A stretch of 64,000 nucleotides of DNA, from assembly GCF_001949145.1 (NCBI RefSeq), contig NW_019091357.1, positions 1,357,210-1,421,209 on the forward strand, given 5' to 3'. Below, piece by piece: positions 49,266-63,300 of this stretch. Position numbers and translations under genes: made by a program. Numbering within the stretch: the first letter of the stretch is position 1; the number at the start of each line of letters is the position of its first letter. The stretch is from Acanthaster planci (taxonomy: Eukaryota). The notes beneath the pieces were generated by a model. That model had not been told where the DNA came from, did not search any database, and saw only the letters and a list, made by a program, of their open reading frames with translations.

Positions 49266-52200
49266 TTATGAATCGCAAGCCAGAATGACAGTATGCTGCC
49301 CTCCTGCTAAGGCGGTAACAGCCTTGCGATTTTCTAGTTGCTTGCTTCTGACACGAACCGGTGATGGCTCGTCATCTTCTTCGCCGGTACCCAGCTGGAG
49401 ATTGCTCCCCATCCCCCAAGAATACACATCACCTGACCCACAACAACAAAATAATAATGGGCTCAGTATTTCGGGAAAGTATCATCCATAAATTTTTGTT
49501 GGTGAATGCAGCCACCTATTCCCTGACTGAGATCAAATCCCAGAAAATGATTCGTTTTGCAACTTCTGAATTAGCTTGTGAAACAATGAAATTGATCTGA
49601 ATTACAAATGTGCTGTTTGCGATTCGTAATGTCCGAGTGTATGTCCCTGTGACCAGTACCATTTTTAGGCATTCAAATAAGATTTGTCTCAGGTGAACGG
49701 ACAACTTGTCTAAGATGAAGAGACAACTTTAGTGGTCAGTAAGACTGAGATTTTACAGTCCGGAATGGTGATCCTGAAAAAATTTGAAATCATGGAAAGA
49801 TGAGTGAAAAAACACAGAGGAAAACTGAACTCCAAAATGGCGATATGAAACACTGAGAAAGCAGCGAATGTGGCAAAAGAGTTATTCCTTTCCCTGCAGA
49901 GGGGGAAGGCAGGATGGGGTGGGCATAGGAAGGAGCTTTTCTCACCCTTCTTCGTTGTACAGATGCTCATGCTGGAGCCACATCCGATGGTCACAACCTC
50001 CTCTGCGTCCAGCACAGCGACTTGAGCCGGCTTATAGCTCTCCTTGCATTCGTCACCGAGACCCAGCCTACCGTAGTCAGTGCGGCCGATTGAGTACACT
50101 TTACCTGATGCCACGGACAAAGTGAAAAAAACAAAACGATGTTTTGGATACAACATGAAAGCTCGGAACTTTCTGAAGTTTCAAGAAAAAAACATAGCCC
50201 CATGTAAGGTTATCATGACTGGGGCTGAGCGGGCCTGACATTTTCAATATCATGCAAAACCACGTGCAAATTCAACGCTCTGCTTACTGTCTGGAAAAAT
50301 CTTCGCTCATAAGACAGCAGACAAAATTTGCACTAACAGTAAGCATATTTTTACAGCTTAGCACAGACCTGTAGGTGTACGTGTATTGCCTGTGAACAAA
50401 ATATTCCACTATTTGGGGATGTAAGCACAGAGTTCTGATCCTAAATGCATAATGCCGTGCTGAGCAGAGCCAAGAAACTGATGTTTCACTTTACTGGGGG
50501 GTGGGGAATGGCACACACAGGGGCTTTTCTCTACCTTTGGTGTCTAGGATAAGGGTGTGGTGCTGCCCTCCTCGGATATCTTTGACGCTCAGATGCGAGA
50601 AGGCCTTGACTTGCTCCGGCATAAACCAAGACTTGGTGTCCTCAAAGCCTGAAAGAAACAAAAACTTATGAGACCTCTGAACACAAGTGCCTCTCCTGTT
50701 TGTGGGAAAACATGTCTGATATTGTTGGAAACTTACACCACATGCAATGATTTAAATACTTCACTGTTCATGATTTAAACTTCATTTACTAGACGTTTAC
50801 ATCCACACAAATGATTGTCTGGTGGCTACTCTAATCTGACAGGCAACCTCCATTGACGCCCGAGTATTTCCACCAGGCCTGCCGCCTAGTAAAGACAGTC
50901 CAGGTGGTGCAGTGTTGTGCAATTTCCATTGTTCCTGATATTGGCCCAGTGCGTTGCTGAACGGCAGTGGCGTCTTTTCAAATGCGGCCGGATTAGTGTG
51001 CAGCGGTACGGTATCGCTCATCACTGGAGTGCTTTTGTCCCCGCTGATAATCCGCTGGCACTGAATGCCACAAACAGTGGTATACTGTTTCAAAACAATG
51101 ACGGATTACCGCTGCTGATGCCAACTGAAAAATGATAGCAAATCCCAGCAGCTTGATCTTTTGTTCCGATTATGGTCTTTTGTTACAAGGCCAATTTCAG
51201 GCACCCCGGCTATGCATATGAAGCCAACGTCTCCGGTACTGAGCACCCCGGAGGCAAGTGGTTAATCAGAATGACACATGGTTTACTTCTGAATGGACGG
51301 GATCAACCGATTAGGAATTCATATCGAGGGTGGGACGTTTACACGTTAAAACATTTAAAAGGAAAAAGCTTAGAATCCGTTGACAGATTTTCCCAAACGT
51401 TTAGATGGAACTGCCCCATTTAGAGGTTTGACGTTTTGATTGACACGATCTGGCATTCAGTTGTATTGTAAACAATGCTTGTAAAATGTAATGTTATTTT
51501 CAGAACACTTTACTGCTCGGTCACATCAAAAGAATACCATCAATTTGTCACTGGGAATTGGTCTCAACCATTTACATTGTACACAATTTGTTGTGTTTAG
51601 AGACTTCAATGACACCATGGTTTGGGTGGGACGTTAACACCCTGAAATGTTAAAATGGCATGGGAAAGTTTTTTCAAATTAAACGTAAATTTCCACCCTT
51701 CAGTCAGTATCTGCCTAGAGAAGGAACAAATGGTTGGAAATAGCTTAGAGGAAGTGATGACATTTGGTTACCTAGCTGGTGGTAGTTGTTCAGACCCCAG
51801 CTGTAGATGCCGCCACCTTTCATACTAGCAAACGTGCCGTAGGCCGTGCACCAAATATCGTCAAATAGAACCTTGCCGTGGCCGCGTATTCTCCTGCAGT
51901 GTACGAGGGTGGGCTCGTGAAGAATACCTACAAGGTTGATCGTGTAAAAAAAGAACATCACGGAAACTGGGAACCAAACATAGAATTTTAACGAGCACCA
52001 ATGTACACACAACTCATAGGTCACACTTGACTCTTGAATAGTTTTTTTTAAACAAACATTTCTTTCTCAACATCACTGGTCCTGCACGGCCTGTAACAAC
52101 ACTGTGAAGTGTCAATTTCACCCTACCCCCATAATTTTCTTACCAGTTCCTTTTCTTCCTCCTCGTAGGGCAAAGATTTCTGCTATCCTTCCTAACTGGC

Positions 52201-54126
52201 CCTGCTCGCCACAGCCCAGGGAATAAATCTCGCCCTCTGATGTCAGTAGGCACAGGTGGTCATTCCCTGAGGAGATCTTGACGACAGTGTCTTTAAGAGG
52301 AATCTGATAGGGGAGTTTCTCTGTGGTACCACCTGATGTCAACCCAAAAGGACCGTTGGCATCCTTCAAAATAAACAAGTTTCAAGAGGAGGCATGTTTA
52401 TTCGCCACAAGCATGCACATTTACACAGGGATAAATTTGAGTGATTTGATCATAGAGCTAACAAATACCCCTACTGAAGCCACCTACCCTGGAACAGTCA
52501 AACTGAAAACCTGCTTTCCTGTGGTTTTAAAAGTCCCCAATCTTAGACCCCAGCTTTTAATTACTCTGATGTTCCAGCTTAAGTGTCTAAACAAACGTTA
52601 TTGGTTTACTGCATGTCATTAGATTTCGGAAGAATCAGTGTTGGGGGGGAAGGTCTTGGGGTTGGGATCAGTGATGAATAATATTCAAAAATTGCTATTA
52701 AAACCTTTAAGATGCTAATCAATCGTGGTATTTTGATAACATTACTTCCTGACCTAACCCCTTACCCTGAACGTTCCCCACATGTAGGCCTTGCCATCTT
52801 CCGTCAGTGCAGCAGTGTGTGAATCTCCACAGCTGACCTGAACGACCTTCTCAGCGAGGTCAACTTTAAGGGCTTGGAACTCTGACCCTTCCTCGCTTGT
52901 GTCGTGACCTAGAGCTCCTTCATCATTGCAGCCAAAAGTGTAGATCTGGGGCAATGTACAAGGAGAGACACAAATCAAACAAGTGGATCGTGTCGGTCAC
53001 TTAGTCCTCTGGAGGGTACATCAGACAATCATTATTTTGCTTCACAGATGCATTCAGGGTTTCATCGAGGATTGAAATATATGCCTGTTCTTTCCCAGCC
53101 AAGCTTAAAAAAACTGCTTGTTCTCTCCCGGGAAAATGTTTGAAACTGACGTCAGTTGTTACTAGAATTATGAGGCCATGTTTCCACATGCAACCAGTAT
53201 TTTGGAAGGAAATACGAAGAATTGTTCTCAAGCGTTGAAGATTTATGTAACAAACGGGGCTTGTGAATTTTGAAGGAGCAAAATCTGTCCATCCAAATAG
53301 GAAAGTTGGCAAGATGAGACAATGCTGGTATTATCCTGGTATATCTTGGAGCTCAATGCAAATACTTTTTACCTTATTAAGGTACATGTATGCTGCAGGA
53401 ACTAAACGTTAAAATAAATGGAATCTCAAAAACTACTCGTCAACATCATAAGTAAAAACAACAAACAAACAAGTTTTCCCCCAAAACTTTCAACGTTCCA
53501 CCAAGTAATAATTACAACGAACATAACGCTGAGAAGCAGGTAAAGAATTTTAATAGGCTTGAATTATCGCACATGGCTGCCTAAATTTGTCGGCATTTTT
53601 AACTGTCTGTAACAATCTTAATGTACGTTTCAAGTAACTTGCCTTTTAGCCATAAGATGAGGCAAACAAGGTGAACTGGAACATAAACAGACAACTCACC
53701 TCCCCAGCACTGGTTAGGCAGACTGTGTGCATACCCCCGGCAATGGCCTCCACTATCTTCCCCTGGGCACCGTCTGGCAGGGGGACCAGTGTGGGCTTCT
53801 TCCTCTCGTACATGTCCTCCCCCAATCCTAGCTGGCCCACATCTCCCTGACCTAGGGTCAGGACATGACCCTCTTGGGTTCTGTAGGAGCGGTGGGCGAG
53901 GGTGGGAGGAACTGTGAATGGGAAAGGGTTAAATTAAGCAGATAACCAAAATATATGTGAATACTTTGCACATATATAACCATACACTGTGTCAAGAACA
54001 TTTAACACTGAAATTACTATCACCAATTACCATACCCTTGGCTTTCTTTGGAGGTGTAGGTTCGCCGTTTGCTTGCAATGCAGGTTTCTTCTCATTTTTC
54101 ACTGCAAGTCTCCTCTTTGGTGGCAT
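49266..54126 (-). CDS. RCC1: Regulator of chromosome condensation (Ran GEF), 8 coding exons
   Basis: Minus-strand exons: 54126-54036 (MPPKRR... NLS tail), 53911-53700 ([20 protein letters not shown]), 52945-52766 ([28 protein letters not shown]), 52363-52144 ([20 protein letters not shown]), 51927-51772 (GLNNYHQLG), 50648-50535 (GGQHHT), 50104-49946 ([11 protein letters not shown]), 49432-49266 ([16 protein letters not shown]). Confidence 0.96.
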
Positions 54127-55639
54127 GGTTGTTTTTTTGTAGTCCTCACAATTTTCACAAGACTTTCTACATGTTACACAAAAATCAGAAAGTCAAATTA
54201 AAACACTTCAATTAAAAAAATCTAAGCTAACCTCAGAATGCAGGAAAAGGTTTGAGAAAAAAAAGTTGTAAAAATTGTCACTACTATGAACTGATATCCT
54301 GGATATAGTCTTAATGTCAATGAAGACTAGCGTGACTGGCATCCAACCTAGGCTAGCCTACATGCAGGCATGCTCTCTCATGCACTCAACCCTCAAAGAT
54401 CCAGATTATTTAGACCTACCCCTACAACAAAGGGGCTCGTTGTCCACTGTGCTCCCACCTGGGAGCGTAGCAGACAACGAACTGCACAGATCTGGGGGCT
54501 ATTTGGACCATCTTTACTAAGATGGGGTAGATTTCCCTAAGAACTCAGCTGCTACCTGGTAAAAGTGGTCATAAGCCCAATTGCGATCAACTCTAAACTT
54601 TGCATGCATGATACAGTGCGTGTGATTGTGAAGTTTCAAATCAATCGGAGAGAGTTGTGATATAAGCTGGTAAGGCCTATGGTTATTTGAATTTCACGGC
54701 CTTACACAGGTGATTGGCTGAGCATGCATGTGCACTGGAAATGCATATTGGGGGACCTGTCTCCATAGTCTGGAAACACATGTGCGTTGCGTATGAACGC
54801 ATGTCTGATGGCATAAGACTGATCTGAAAACTTTCAAGTGTTTCCTTTGTGAATACTTCAATTTTCCCTGCTAAATGTGACTTTTTGGGGCATGTTAATC
54901 AAGTTAATGTTTCTACTTTTATGCATACGGCTAGCCTAGGTAATTGTACTTGTAGGAAAAAATTAGCCACATCAACAAATAAGCCAATTTCCCGTTCCGG
55001 CGCCAAGTGGATTTTAAGTACCTCAGCACAAAGAAGTGGACAAAGCCAGATGGGAACAAACTGTCCACAACAATAACAATCGCCAAACGTTACGCAACGT
55101 TGTTGTCATGAATTTGCTCCCCTCTGTTAAGTCTTTTCTGAGCATGTGCACATGAAATGTGAAAAAGGCTTATGCATGGAATTCCTTCCATTCCATGAAG
55201 CCAGGCACATGAACAAAAATGCACTGTGATAATATTTGAGAAAAAAAAGGGGGGGGGGAATTCTTCCCTCACCCCCCTCCCCCAGCCACAGCCGGCCATA
55301 GTTTTCATGGTTTTTAGCATTCGCAAATAATGCATGGGTGATGTTACACAAGGGTAGAAGGCACCGAGGGCAAGATGGGGCAAAATCATTCATGCAGTAT
55401 TTGCGATAAGGCTTATGGCATGCCCATTCGTGACTAGGCCTAGGCCATTTGTACACCATGTACAATGATGTAAAATCATGCAGGCCCTAGCTGCATAGGC
55501 CCTAAAAATAAAATGCTTAAACAGTTGACTGGCAACTGGGCTCTGTATTTGTCTCACACACACAGCCTAGAATGGCAAAGCCAAACACCATTCCGAATCA
55601 AAACACGACACATAGTCAAATATACTCTGTTACATTACT

Positions 55640-56315
55640 TACAGTCAATTTCACTCCCTGCAATGGAAGGAAAACTGAAATTCGTCAATCTAATTTTACC
55701 GCAACGTTGAGTTCCTGTCTCCTCTTTGCATTTGCCGGGTAACCTTTCACGTGCGTCAGGAAGGTCGCCCTCAGTCAAGAATTCTCTCATTATTTTATTT
55801 GAAAATAAAAGTAGAATTTAAGAGTATAAGTAAGAGTAACGCCAAAGTTAAATTAAAGTGACAAAAATAAGATTATATAAGATTTCACTTTTTATTTTAA
55901 CAAAGTTAATAAATGTAAATTTTAAATTTGAAATAACTTTTTGAACGAGCGCAATTGCGTTCTGCACCTTAAACGGTACCTGAAAGGAGTTTTTTTTGCA
56001 GAAAATGCTCTTTTGTAATCAAAAATTCGAGAATAAATTAGCACAGTGCACTAAAAACCAATGTTAAATATTTGAATGGAAATATTTTTATTCTAGGTAA
56101 GTAAATTTTGCAAGTTATTCGACATTCTACTCATTTTTATATGTCCTGCTGGATATTGTGGACTGTACTCTCGTTCATTCGTACATTCCCTGCAGGTAGC
56201 GCAGGACGAACGTGCCCATTTCGTCCAAGAGAAACCGAAACACTTCTCGTTCATACCTGCCCAGTAACTGAGATCAGGAGATATTTGGCAAAGTGTTGAA
56301 AACAGAGACTCCAAA
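55640..56315. promoter_or_regulatory. Probable bidirectional promoter RCC1/SF3B5
   Basis: Divergent genes. A minus-strand donor (gtaagt, + strand ACTTAC near 55637-55642) suggests a non-coding RCC1 first exon; AT-rich core at about 55790-55940. Confidence 0.45.
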
Positions 56316-56579
56316 ATGGGCGAAAGATACAACATCCACAGCCAACTGGAGCATCTTCAGTCGAAATACATCGGAACCGGCCACGCAGACACGACCAAGT
56401 GGGAATGGTTGGTGAATCAGCACCGTGATTCCATCTGCAGCTACCTCGGCCACTACGACATGCTGAATTACTTCAGCGTAGTAGAGAATGAGAGCAAGGC
56501 GCGGGTGAGGTTCAGCCTCCTGGAGAAAATGCTTCAGCCTTGTGGACCACCAACAGAAAAGCCCGCAGAGGAACAATGA
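56316..56579 (+). CDS. SF3B5: Splicing factor 3B subunit 5 (SF3b10), single coding exon
   Basis: 87-aa ORF MGERYNIHSQLEHLQSKYIGTGHADTTKWEWLVNQHRDS...KMLQPCGPP, closely matching SF3B5 as I recall it. Confidence 0.97.
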   Translation: MGERYNIHSQLEHLQSKYIGTGHADTTKWEWLVNQHRDSICSYLGHYDMLNYFSVVENESKARVRFSLLEKMLQPCGPPTEKPAEEQ

Positions 56580-58080
56580 GGAACGCATAGAACAATGATC
56601 AACAACTTGGTGGTAACTGCACAAAACAGCCAAAGAAAGTCTGAAAGTTATGCCGTCATGACTTTGTAGCCTGTTGGTACATCTGTTGGTAAAAATTACT
56701 TTGAAGGAGTGTGGAAAACTGTCAACACAGTACCTTGGTGTAATGTCCTGCTGCTTCTATGCTCCAAGTTCAGTGGACTTGCATCAGCTCTGGCTTTGAT
56801 TAATTTAGTAGGCCTATTCTATTGGCCTAGTCCCAAAGCATACATGTAGAAAGGTTTGGACATGTTGGATGTGATGCAAGACTTCAGTCTTCTCCATTTC
56901 TCTGTGCTCATTGTTCACAAGGCACCTTCGATCCTGTTGGAGTCCTGATGGTTGCTTGCTCGGCCTGGAGCTCTACATGGGTAGTAGAAACGTCCCACCA
57001 AAACAATGAGTCCTGTGAAGAGATTAAAGAGCAGCTTTGCAACACATAAAGACTGGAGCTTCAAGTGCGGCATATACACGTACAGTGTACATGTATCTAC
57101 ATAGAGTGCACTAAATATGACAAGTACTTCGTACTCGGCCAGCTTATGTTCTGTGTAGCTGTGCTCCAGACATGACTGTCTCTTTGAATTTCAACAGTTC
57201 TGCTTAACTTGAGACTTACTTCTTTGAGACCCAGAGAACTTGTTTACTTTTTGAGAATATGACGGCTTGTCAAAGAAATTATTTGATCGTAAACACTTTA
57301 CCATGGTTTCTGTCAGCCAGTTGGAAAAAATACATGTATTAAAATGAAGTCCACTTAATATAAAGAGCACTTAATTGTAATATTCATAATGAGGTACAGT
57401 TAATTGATTTGAAATTTGTTAATAAGACATATTTTGGACCTGGCAAATTACCTTGCTGTAACAGGAACCTTGTATTGTCAGGAATGAAAAGCAAAGGATT
57501 GAGACCTGAAAATATCCTTGTTATAAGCAGAATCTTGCATTAACAGTGCTCTTATTAACGAGGTTTGACTAATTCTGAAGGCCAGTACCTCTTTGATGTT
57601 TTTTTGGTTACATTTCCAGTCCTTTTGCAACATCGGCTCTGGTTATAGTAAGGTGGTTTGGCAGGCAGCGGCTGCGATTCAGTAATATTATTCAGAAGAT
57701 ATTTCCCTTCGATTTGTGTTATTATTGTGGTCAAGGTTTACAAGATGGTGAAACAAAAGTCACAGCAGGTACACAATGAAGTGAATTTGGTATGCTTGTG
57801 CCTGTGGGTGTCCACATCTTGTCTACATAATGGAAATACATGTACATTTAGCTCTTGCAGAGAGAATAGCTTAGTGTAAAATGCATTCATAAACATTCAC
57901 AGGAAGTTTCCTGATCAGTTATTTACTGTTTAAGTTTTAGGTAATCTCTTCTATGCACAGTCTCCGTTGAAGTTAGGTAATAAAAGGTTTGCATGTTTTT
58001 GTAGCTGACCAGTGGTTGTCTTACAGCTTGTTTTATTCCTCCGTGGCATTTCTGTGAAACTACTCTTCATGATGCATTAA

Positions 58081-58468
58081 CTCTTAACCCACCTCAATCC
58101 TCCAAAATCCTTCGGATGATTTTGGAGGAATTTGGAGGATTGAGGGTGAATGGCAAAAGTGCATGGCTGATTGCAAAGGATGCTATGCGTGAAGGTCATG
58201 GGTTAGACCTTTTGTTTTTGCTTAGTCATGCCATGCATGAATTCAGCCCTGTATTTCCTATGAATCAACTGAACTGCACAAGAATGCCATTTGCACTGCC
58301 TCAACGTGACAGGAATTGGCGGAGGACATTGAAGGATTGAGGCAGTAGACACACCTCCAAGTAACATTTCCAAGAAATTTGGGAGGATTGAGCACGGAGG
58401 CAATTTTTTCCCCCTCCCAAATTGGAGGATTGAGGTGAGTCGCCTAGCAAAGAGTCTGGGGGTTAGGG
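58081..58468. mobile_element. TTAA-flanked element with telomere-like termini and GGAGGATTGAG subrepeats
   Basis: TTAA-CTCTTAACCC left and GGGTTAGGG-TTAA right; CACCTCAATCCTCCAA mirrored by TTGGAGGATTGAGGTG. Confidence 0.55.
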
Positions 58469-58650
58469 TTAAATACTTCTACCACCAGTCGCCCACTGAT
58501 CCACACATTTCATGCATTTCCTTCACACGCACAATCTGAACTTCCACGGGTTATAAGAAGTGAATTAATAGACCGGACACTAAAGCCTGCAAATACAAAT
58601 ACGTGGGTATCCAAGTTTTACACTTTATTCCTCTCTTTTTAATGCTTCTT

Positions 58651-58718
58651 AAGTCCCAATTACAACAAAGTCCCAATTACAACAAAGTCCCAATTACAAC
58701 AAAGTCCCAATTACAACA
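58651..58718 (+). repeat. 17-bp perfect minisatellite x4 (AAGTCCCAATTACAACA) downstream of PIGY
   Basis: Four exact tandem copies. Confidence 0.95.
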
Positions 58719-58814
58719 GATGCATTTCACTTGCAAGCAAACACTACAAGTTTATGTTTTCAATAAATGGACGGTCCAGTGGTGTACATAGAGTGACCCG
58801 ACGAAAGATTTTGA

Positions 58815-59045
58815 TCAGTTATGGCGAAACAACTTGAGTCCAATCCACCTAAGAAGTCCGAAGGTGGCTGTTACTGGCACGAGCGTCAATGGCGTGAGCA
58901 GCACGTAATAGCACATGGTGCCTTCCTCTAGACATTCCTCGGATAAGTCTCTATCTCGGTCCTGAAAGAAGACAACATAGGCAACTCCCAGAATGGTAGC
59001 GAGACCGATGACTGTGCAGAGGTACGTTCCCGTCATCGATGCCAT
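58815..59045 (-). CDS. PIGY: GPI-GlcNAc transferase subunit Y
   Basis: 76 aa with two hydrophobic segments, C...CYYVLLTPLT and the diagnostic C-terminus WIGLKLFRHN* (human WMGIKLFRHN). Confidence 0.88.
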   Translation of the reverse strand: MASMTGTYLCTVIGLATILGVAYVVFFQDRDRDLSEECLEEGTMCYYVLLTPLTLVPVTATFGLLRWIGLKLFRHN

Positions 59046-60345
59046 TTGTTTTTAAAGGTTATTGTAGAGTTTCCGAGAGGATGCTTCACCAATTCAAGAC
59101 CGATGATCAGGACTGCGTGCATGAACACTTCCAGCGTGTTGTTATATTTCTGATCAAGGCTGCATCTTTGAGAGGACATCAGCGTTTAACGTTCACATAG
59201 GAAGAGTGCTACGTAGAAGTTTGAAGTTTTCACCTCTCACTGACGTTGGATCGGGTGATACATGCAAAGCAAGTCGCGCTTATTTCTTCACCTGCTCTGG
59301 AGATCTGCTCCAAATGTCTATTTGGAATCGGTGAAGAGATGCCCTGTTTCTACGGCAACTGGACACCAATGCAAGGGACCACAGCGACATCACGTTATCT
59401 TTAAAACAAAACTCATCAGGAACTGAAAAAGAAATCAAAGAATAAACTCTTACATGCACGGGGAAACAGTAGTTCATTGATTGTGGGTGAGTCGCCTTAG
59501 TTAAAAGGATAAGAGTTGATCACAGATATCAATATCAGTGGGTACAGACACATATGCGGGGCTATTACTTCCTCTCTACTGACATCACTGAGAAATAACC
59601 ACCCAGGTTTCATCCACCCTTCAAAAACAAAGCCAGCTCATACATAGGCCTTACAGCCTTCCATCGAGCCTAATGAGGTTGTACTTTGTACAACCAAGGT
59701 ACTACCGCAAAGTTCTCTCCACTTTTCTTACTGGCACTTAGGCCTGCTGGTACTTTTCTAGTACAAATGTACTCACATTCTTCCCACGACCAGCTTGCTC
59801 GTGTCTTTTTCTGAAACCATGCACGAGTCATGACCTTGCGACATAGAAAACCATAGAGGGCGCTATGTCGATTTAGCAGCGTATTATATTCTATGCGTGA
59901 TGAGTAATGCATCGTGCACCCAACTTCAGATGTGGAATTCATTTTATTTTGCAGTAGGCCTACATGTATCATATACAATGCTGATAAATCCTGGGTGAAA
60001 GTCGGATAACAATCATTTTTTTAAAAAAAGGCGGGTTCCCTGTGCAATTAACTTTAGTTTTCATGTATTGTTCATTGGGTTTTGCCAGGAGTTATCCATG
60101 ATTGTGCCACTTTCCTATTTTCCCATGAAGCCATATTGTTGATCCGAGACAATTATTTACTTTCAAAACCTTTTGATTTTTTTTCTGGCTTGAAAATCGA
60201 TAATTGGTCTGTCTGGGTGCGCACATGGTACAACACAACAGTCTTTGACGAGTTACAACATCGATCTGTCCGTCCAAGTCACTATAGCGTGGCGCTGTGT
60301 AGACCTCTCCTGATAAGATCAACTTGAGATCGATCCACGTACACT

Positions 60346-63300
60346 ATGGTCGAAGACACCTCACCAGCGGCAGCTCAGTCCAAGGCTCCCGACAGAAAGT
60401 CCCGCCGCAGCCCGTCGGGCTACTCGCCCACCAGCGCCCGTTCAACTCTACTCGCGTTGCCCAAGACCTACTACCTCGCTCCGGCGGTCGCAGCAGCCGT
60501 ACCCTGCCGGAAAATGCGTTTAGGAGGCCGCGGAGCGATGGGTCGCTACTGTCGCTTGCTTGTCGTGCTCATCGTCTGTAGCACCGTAGTGTCCATGATT
60601 CTGTTCTCCAGGCTGTGGTGGCTCGGACAAGAACTGACCGGTGGATGTAAGTCATTATAAAATTCCTTTCTTGTGAGGCCCTCAGTAGAGATATACACAA
60701 GTATTTATATTCTGTGCACGGGAACACGTCCATATTGGCAACGCTTCCTAAGCCGCCCCAGTAAGTGAACTTTATTGGGGGCTTCCATGAATAGCAACGT
60801 TTGGAAATTTAATAATTGGTGAACAGTTGTGACATCAGCACAAACGTGCCGATCTAGGAAAAAGACTGTTAACTGCGTGTGATCGACCGACTCAGTGAAA
60901 TCGACATGTTACACTATCAGTCGTCACTGCACTATAGACAAAACTTGTACAAAACCGGAACATTTTGTCTGGGTATCTAGCACCAAATCGATGATCTTAA
61001 ACATAGATGAATTTTTTTATCATGCGTTAATTTAATCACCGCGAAGACATGCTCATAACAATCAGACATGCGCAGAAATAATTAACTTAACAAAAACTAC
61101 ACGTGACTGTGACCTGATTATGCTTAATAAGTAAAAAGAAGACGCAGTAAAGCGTTTGGTTTTATATGTTTCTCGAAAATGGGAGTCCAGGGGGAAAAAA
61201 AGTCCAGAATCCCGTAGTCTGTGAGTGATAAACACAAGATAACATAACCCAGACACCTGCTACCCTTGCCGTCATTTATACATACATTTTGTGCCATGAC
61301 GTCGTTGACAGTGAACATGCGCGACACTGTATCGTTTTTCTCAAGGTATATTTCTACAGCCTTATTTCGTTTCAGTAGAACAGGAAACTCGTGCAATATT
61401 GTCGGTCTCACAGACTTTAACTTCCGTGAACTCGGCTTGATTCCAGTGATTTCCTGACTAATTTCGAAGTTTAAAAGAACAAAATGAAAACGGAACTTTG
61501 CTCCTGGATTCATGAAAGTATAGCAGTTACAATAAAGATCAGGCAATTTGGTGAACTGCACTTAGTGGCTCAGAAATGGCAAGTGAAGCCTCTTTGAATG
61601 TCTCTGATAAGTAGAGTTCCTTTTGTGGTCGATGACAGCTTTCCCCGTAGAGTAGTTTGAGAAAAATCTGGACTACTGCTAAGCTTCGCCGTAAAATCGG
61701 TGTTACTGTTTACTTTCAGTGTTTAAAATCACACCATTTTCACCTTTTTATATATACGATAGCAGATGTCAGGAGCATGTTCGGAGGCCAACCTAGACTT
61801 GGTACGGGACTCGTTTTGTGAAGGCTTGACTATTTTTTCCCCACGATAACCGTCTTTGCCGTTCTAACACCACAATTAACTGGCTGTAGCCATCTAGTCT
61901 CTCTGCCAGAGCATCTAGAGCCGGTCCTGCAAGGGTCTTCCAAAGATGTTTCGTTGTGTTCATGTCACCATTATGTCTACATGTCACCATTTCAAGTTAA
62001 CACTAATATCTGCGTCGCTTTCCAAATCTTACCTTGAATTAACCTTTCCAACCAAGTCCTTAACGATCTGTATCATATTCTGTATAGCCTAATCATGGGG
62101 GGAAAAATAGAAAGATAATAGTGTTCATGTTACACTGTGACGTTTCTTTAATATCGAGTTTCATATTGTAATTACATATCATGACTTTGACCGAAAATAA
62201 GGGATGGCGCGAGTTAAAACGAAATCGAATAACTAAATGAAATGATCATTTTTGGGGATTATCTCATGTCAATAGACTGCAAAGATTGACCTCTGACATC
62301 TCGGCAACAGCTGTCACGAATTCCATGTGGACCATATTTATTTCTAGATAATACTGTTTGCTTTGCATTTCAACTCTTTTTATTAAGCAAATACTAATTA
62401 TAATTCTACACGGGAGTAGTAATCAGGAAAGCTATACATGTTCTCTTATTTCAATGCCTCCCAGCAGATAACATTATTTTTTACCTATAGCTCCAAGAGA
62501 TGACCTTCTAAGACCTTGGCGAATGGATTTTTATGTCAACTGTTAATTTGTCAGATTTCGTTTTCGGTTAATAAAATGGTAATGATAGTGCAGGAGTCCA
62601 CAGTGCCACAATTTGAACCGTTACCCTCTTCGGGTGCCTTTCCATTAACCTTAAAGGTTTAAAATAGTTTGAAGCCTGCCCTCTCGCGTCCGACTGACGT
62701 CAAAAATATACTTGCCTATCCACTACTGGCAGGTTGCCAAATCCACAAGCTCTTACTGAAAAGTACTGATAGACAAAACTGAATGAAAACTAGACTTGAT
62801 AAACTAAAGACTACATCAAAACATAGCGCAGTCTTCGCTCTTACGTACACCGTGATGCTCTCTCCAATAGCTATTTTGTCCAGAGACGTTCTTGAAAATG
62901 CTTCCGTGGTGCATTATGTCACTTCAGACAGTTTCATCCTACATTAACATTGTTTCTATCCCTTTCGTCTGTTTTAATGGTCAGAAGTAACAAAATTCTA
63001 CGCGACATATTTTTCACTTCATGCTTTATACATGTCCATATTCTTTTTGTCGCATAGCTCACGTGGTTTTCGCTTGGTATTAAAACATCATTTGAAAACG
63101 ATGTCACAATTCTGAATTGACTATCTCAATCTTGCCCGTTTCTAGTGAATGGGCTGTTTGCAAGCGAGACAAGGAAGTTGATGGATCCATTCGAAGAGGA
63201 ATTCAAAGGTAAGAATTCAAAGAAAGAAAATACATCCGCGCTCAATTTAATTTTATGTGTTTTTTAATTTTCTAAACCCATGTGCTCATTGATGGGGCTT

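Noticed and set aside
51270..51330. U17/SNORA73 snoRNA in an RCC1 intron (vertebrate U17 lies in the RCC1 5' region)
   Set aside because: AAACCAU and a partial m1 (AAUUCCUA) occur on the minus strand, but there is no ACA box at the expected distance and no internal hairpin. Similar flanking sequence recurs near 51610-51640. A cmsearch would settle it.
59046..60345. PYURF/PreY ORF upstream of PIGY
   Set aside because: No LxCP...YPIxxGIP Trm112-like motif in the frames I translated (59046-59400) or in the supplied ORFs further upstream.
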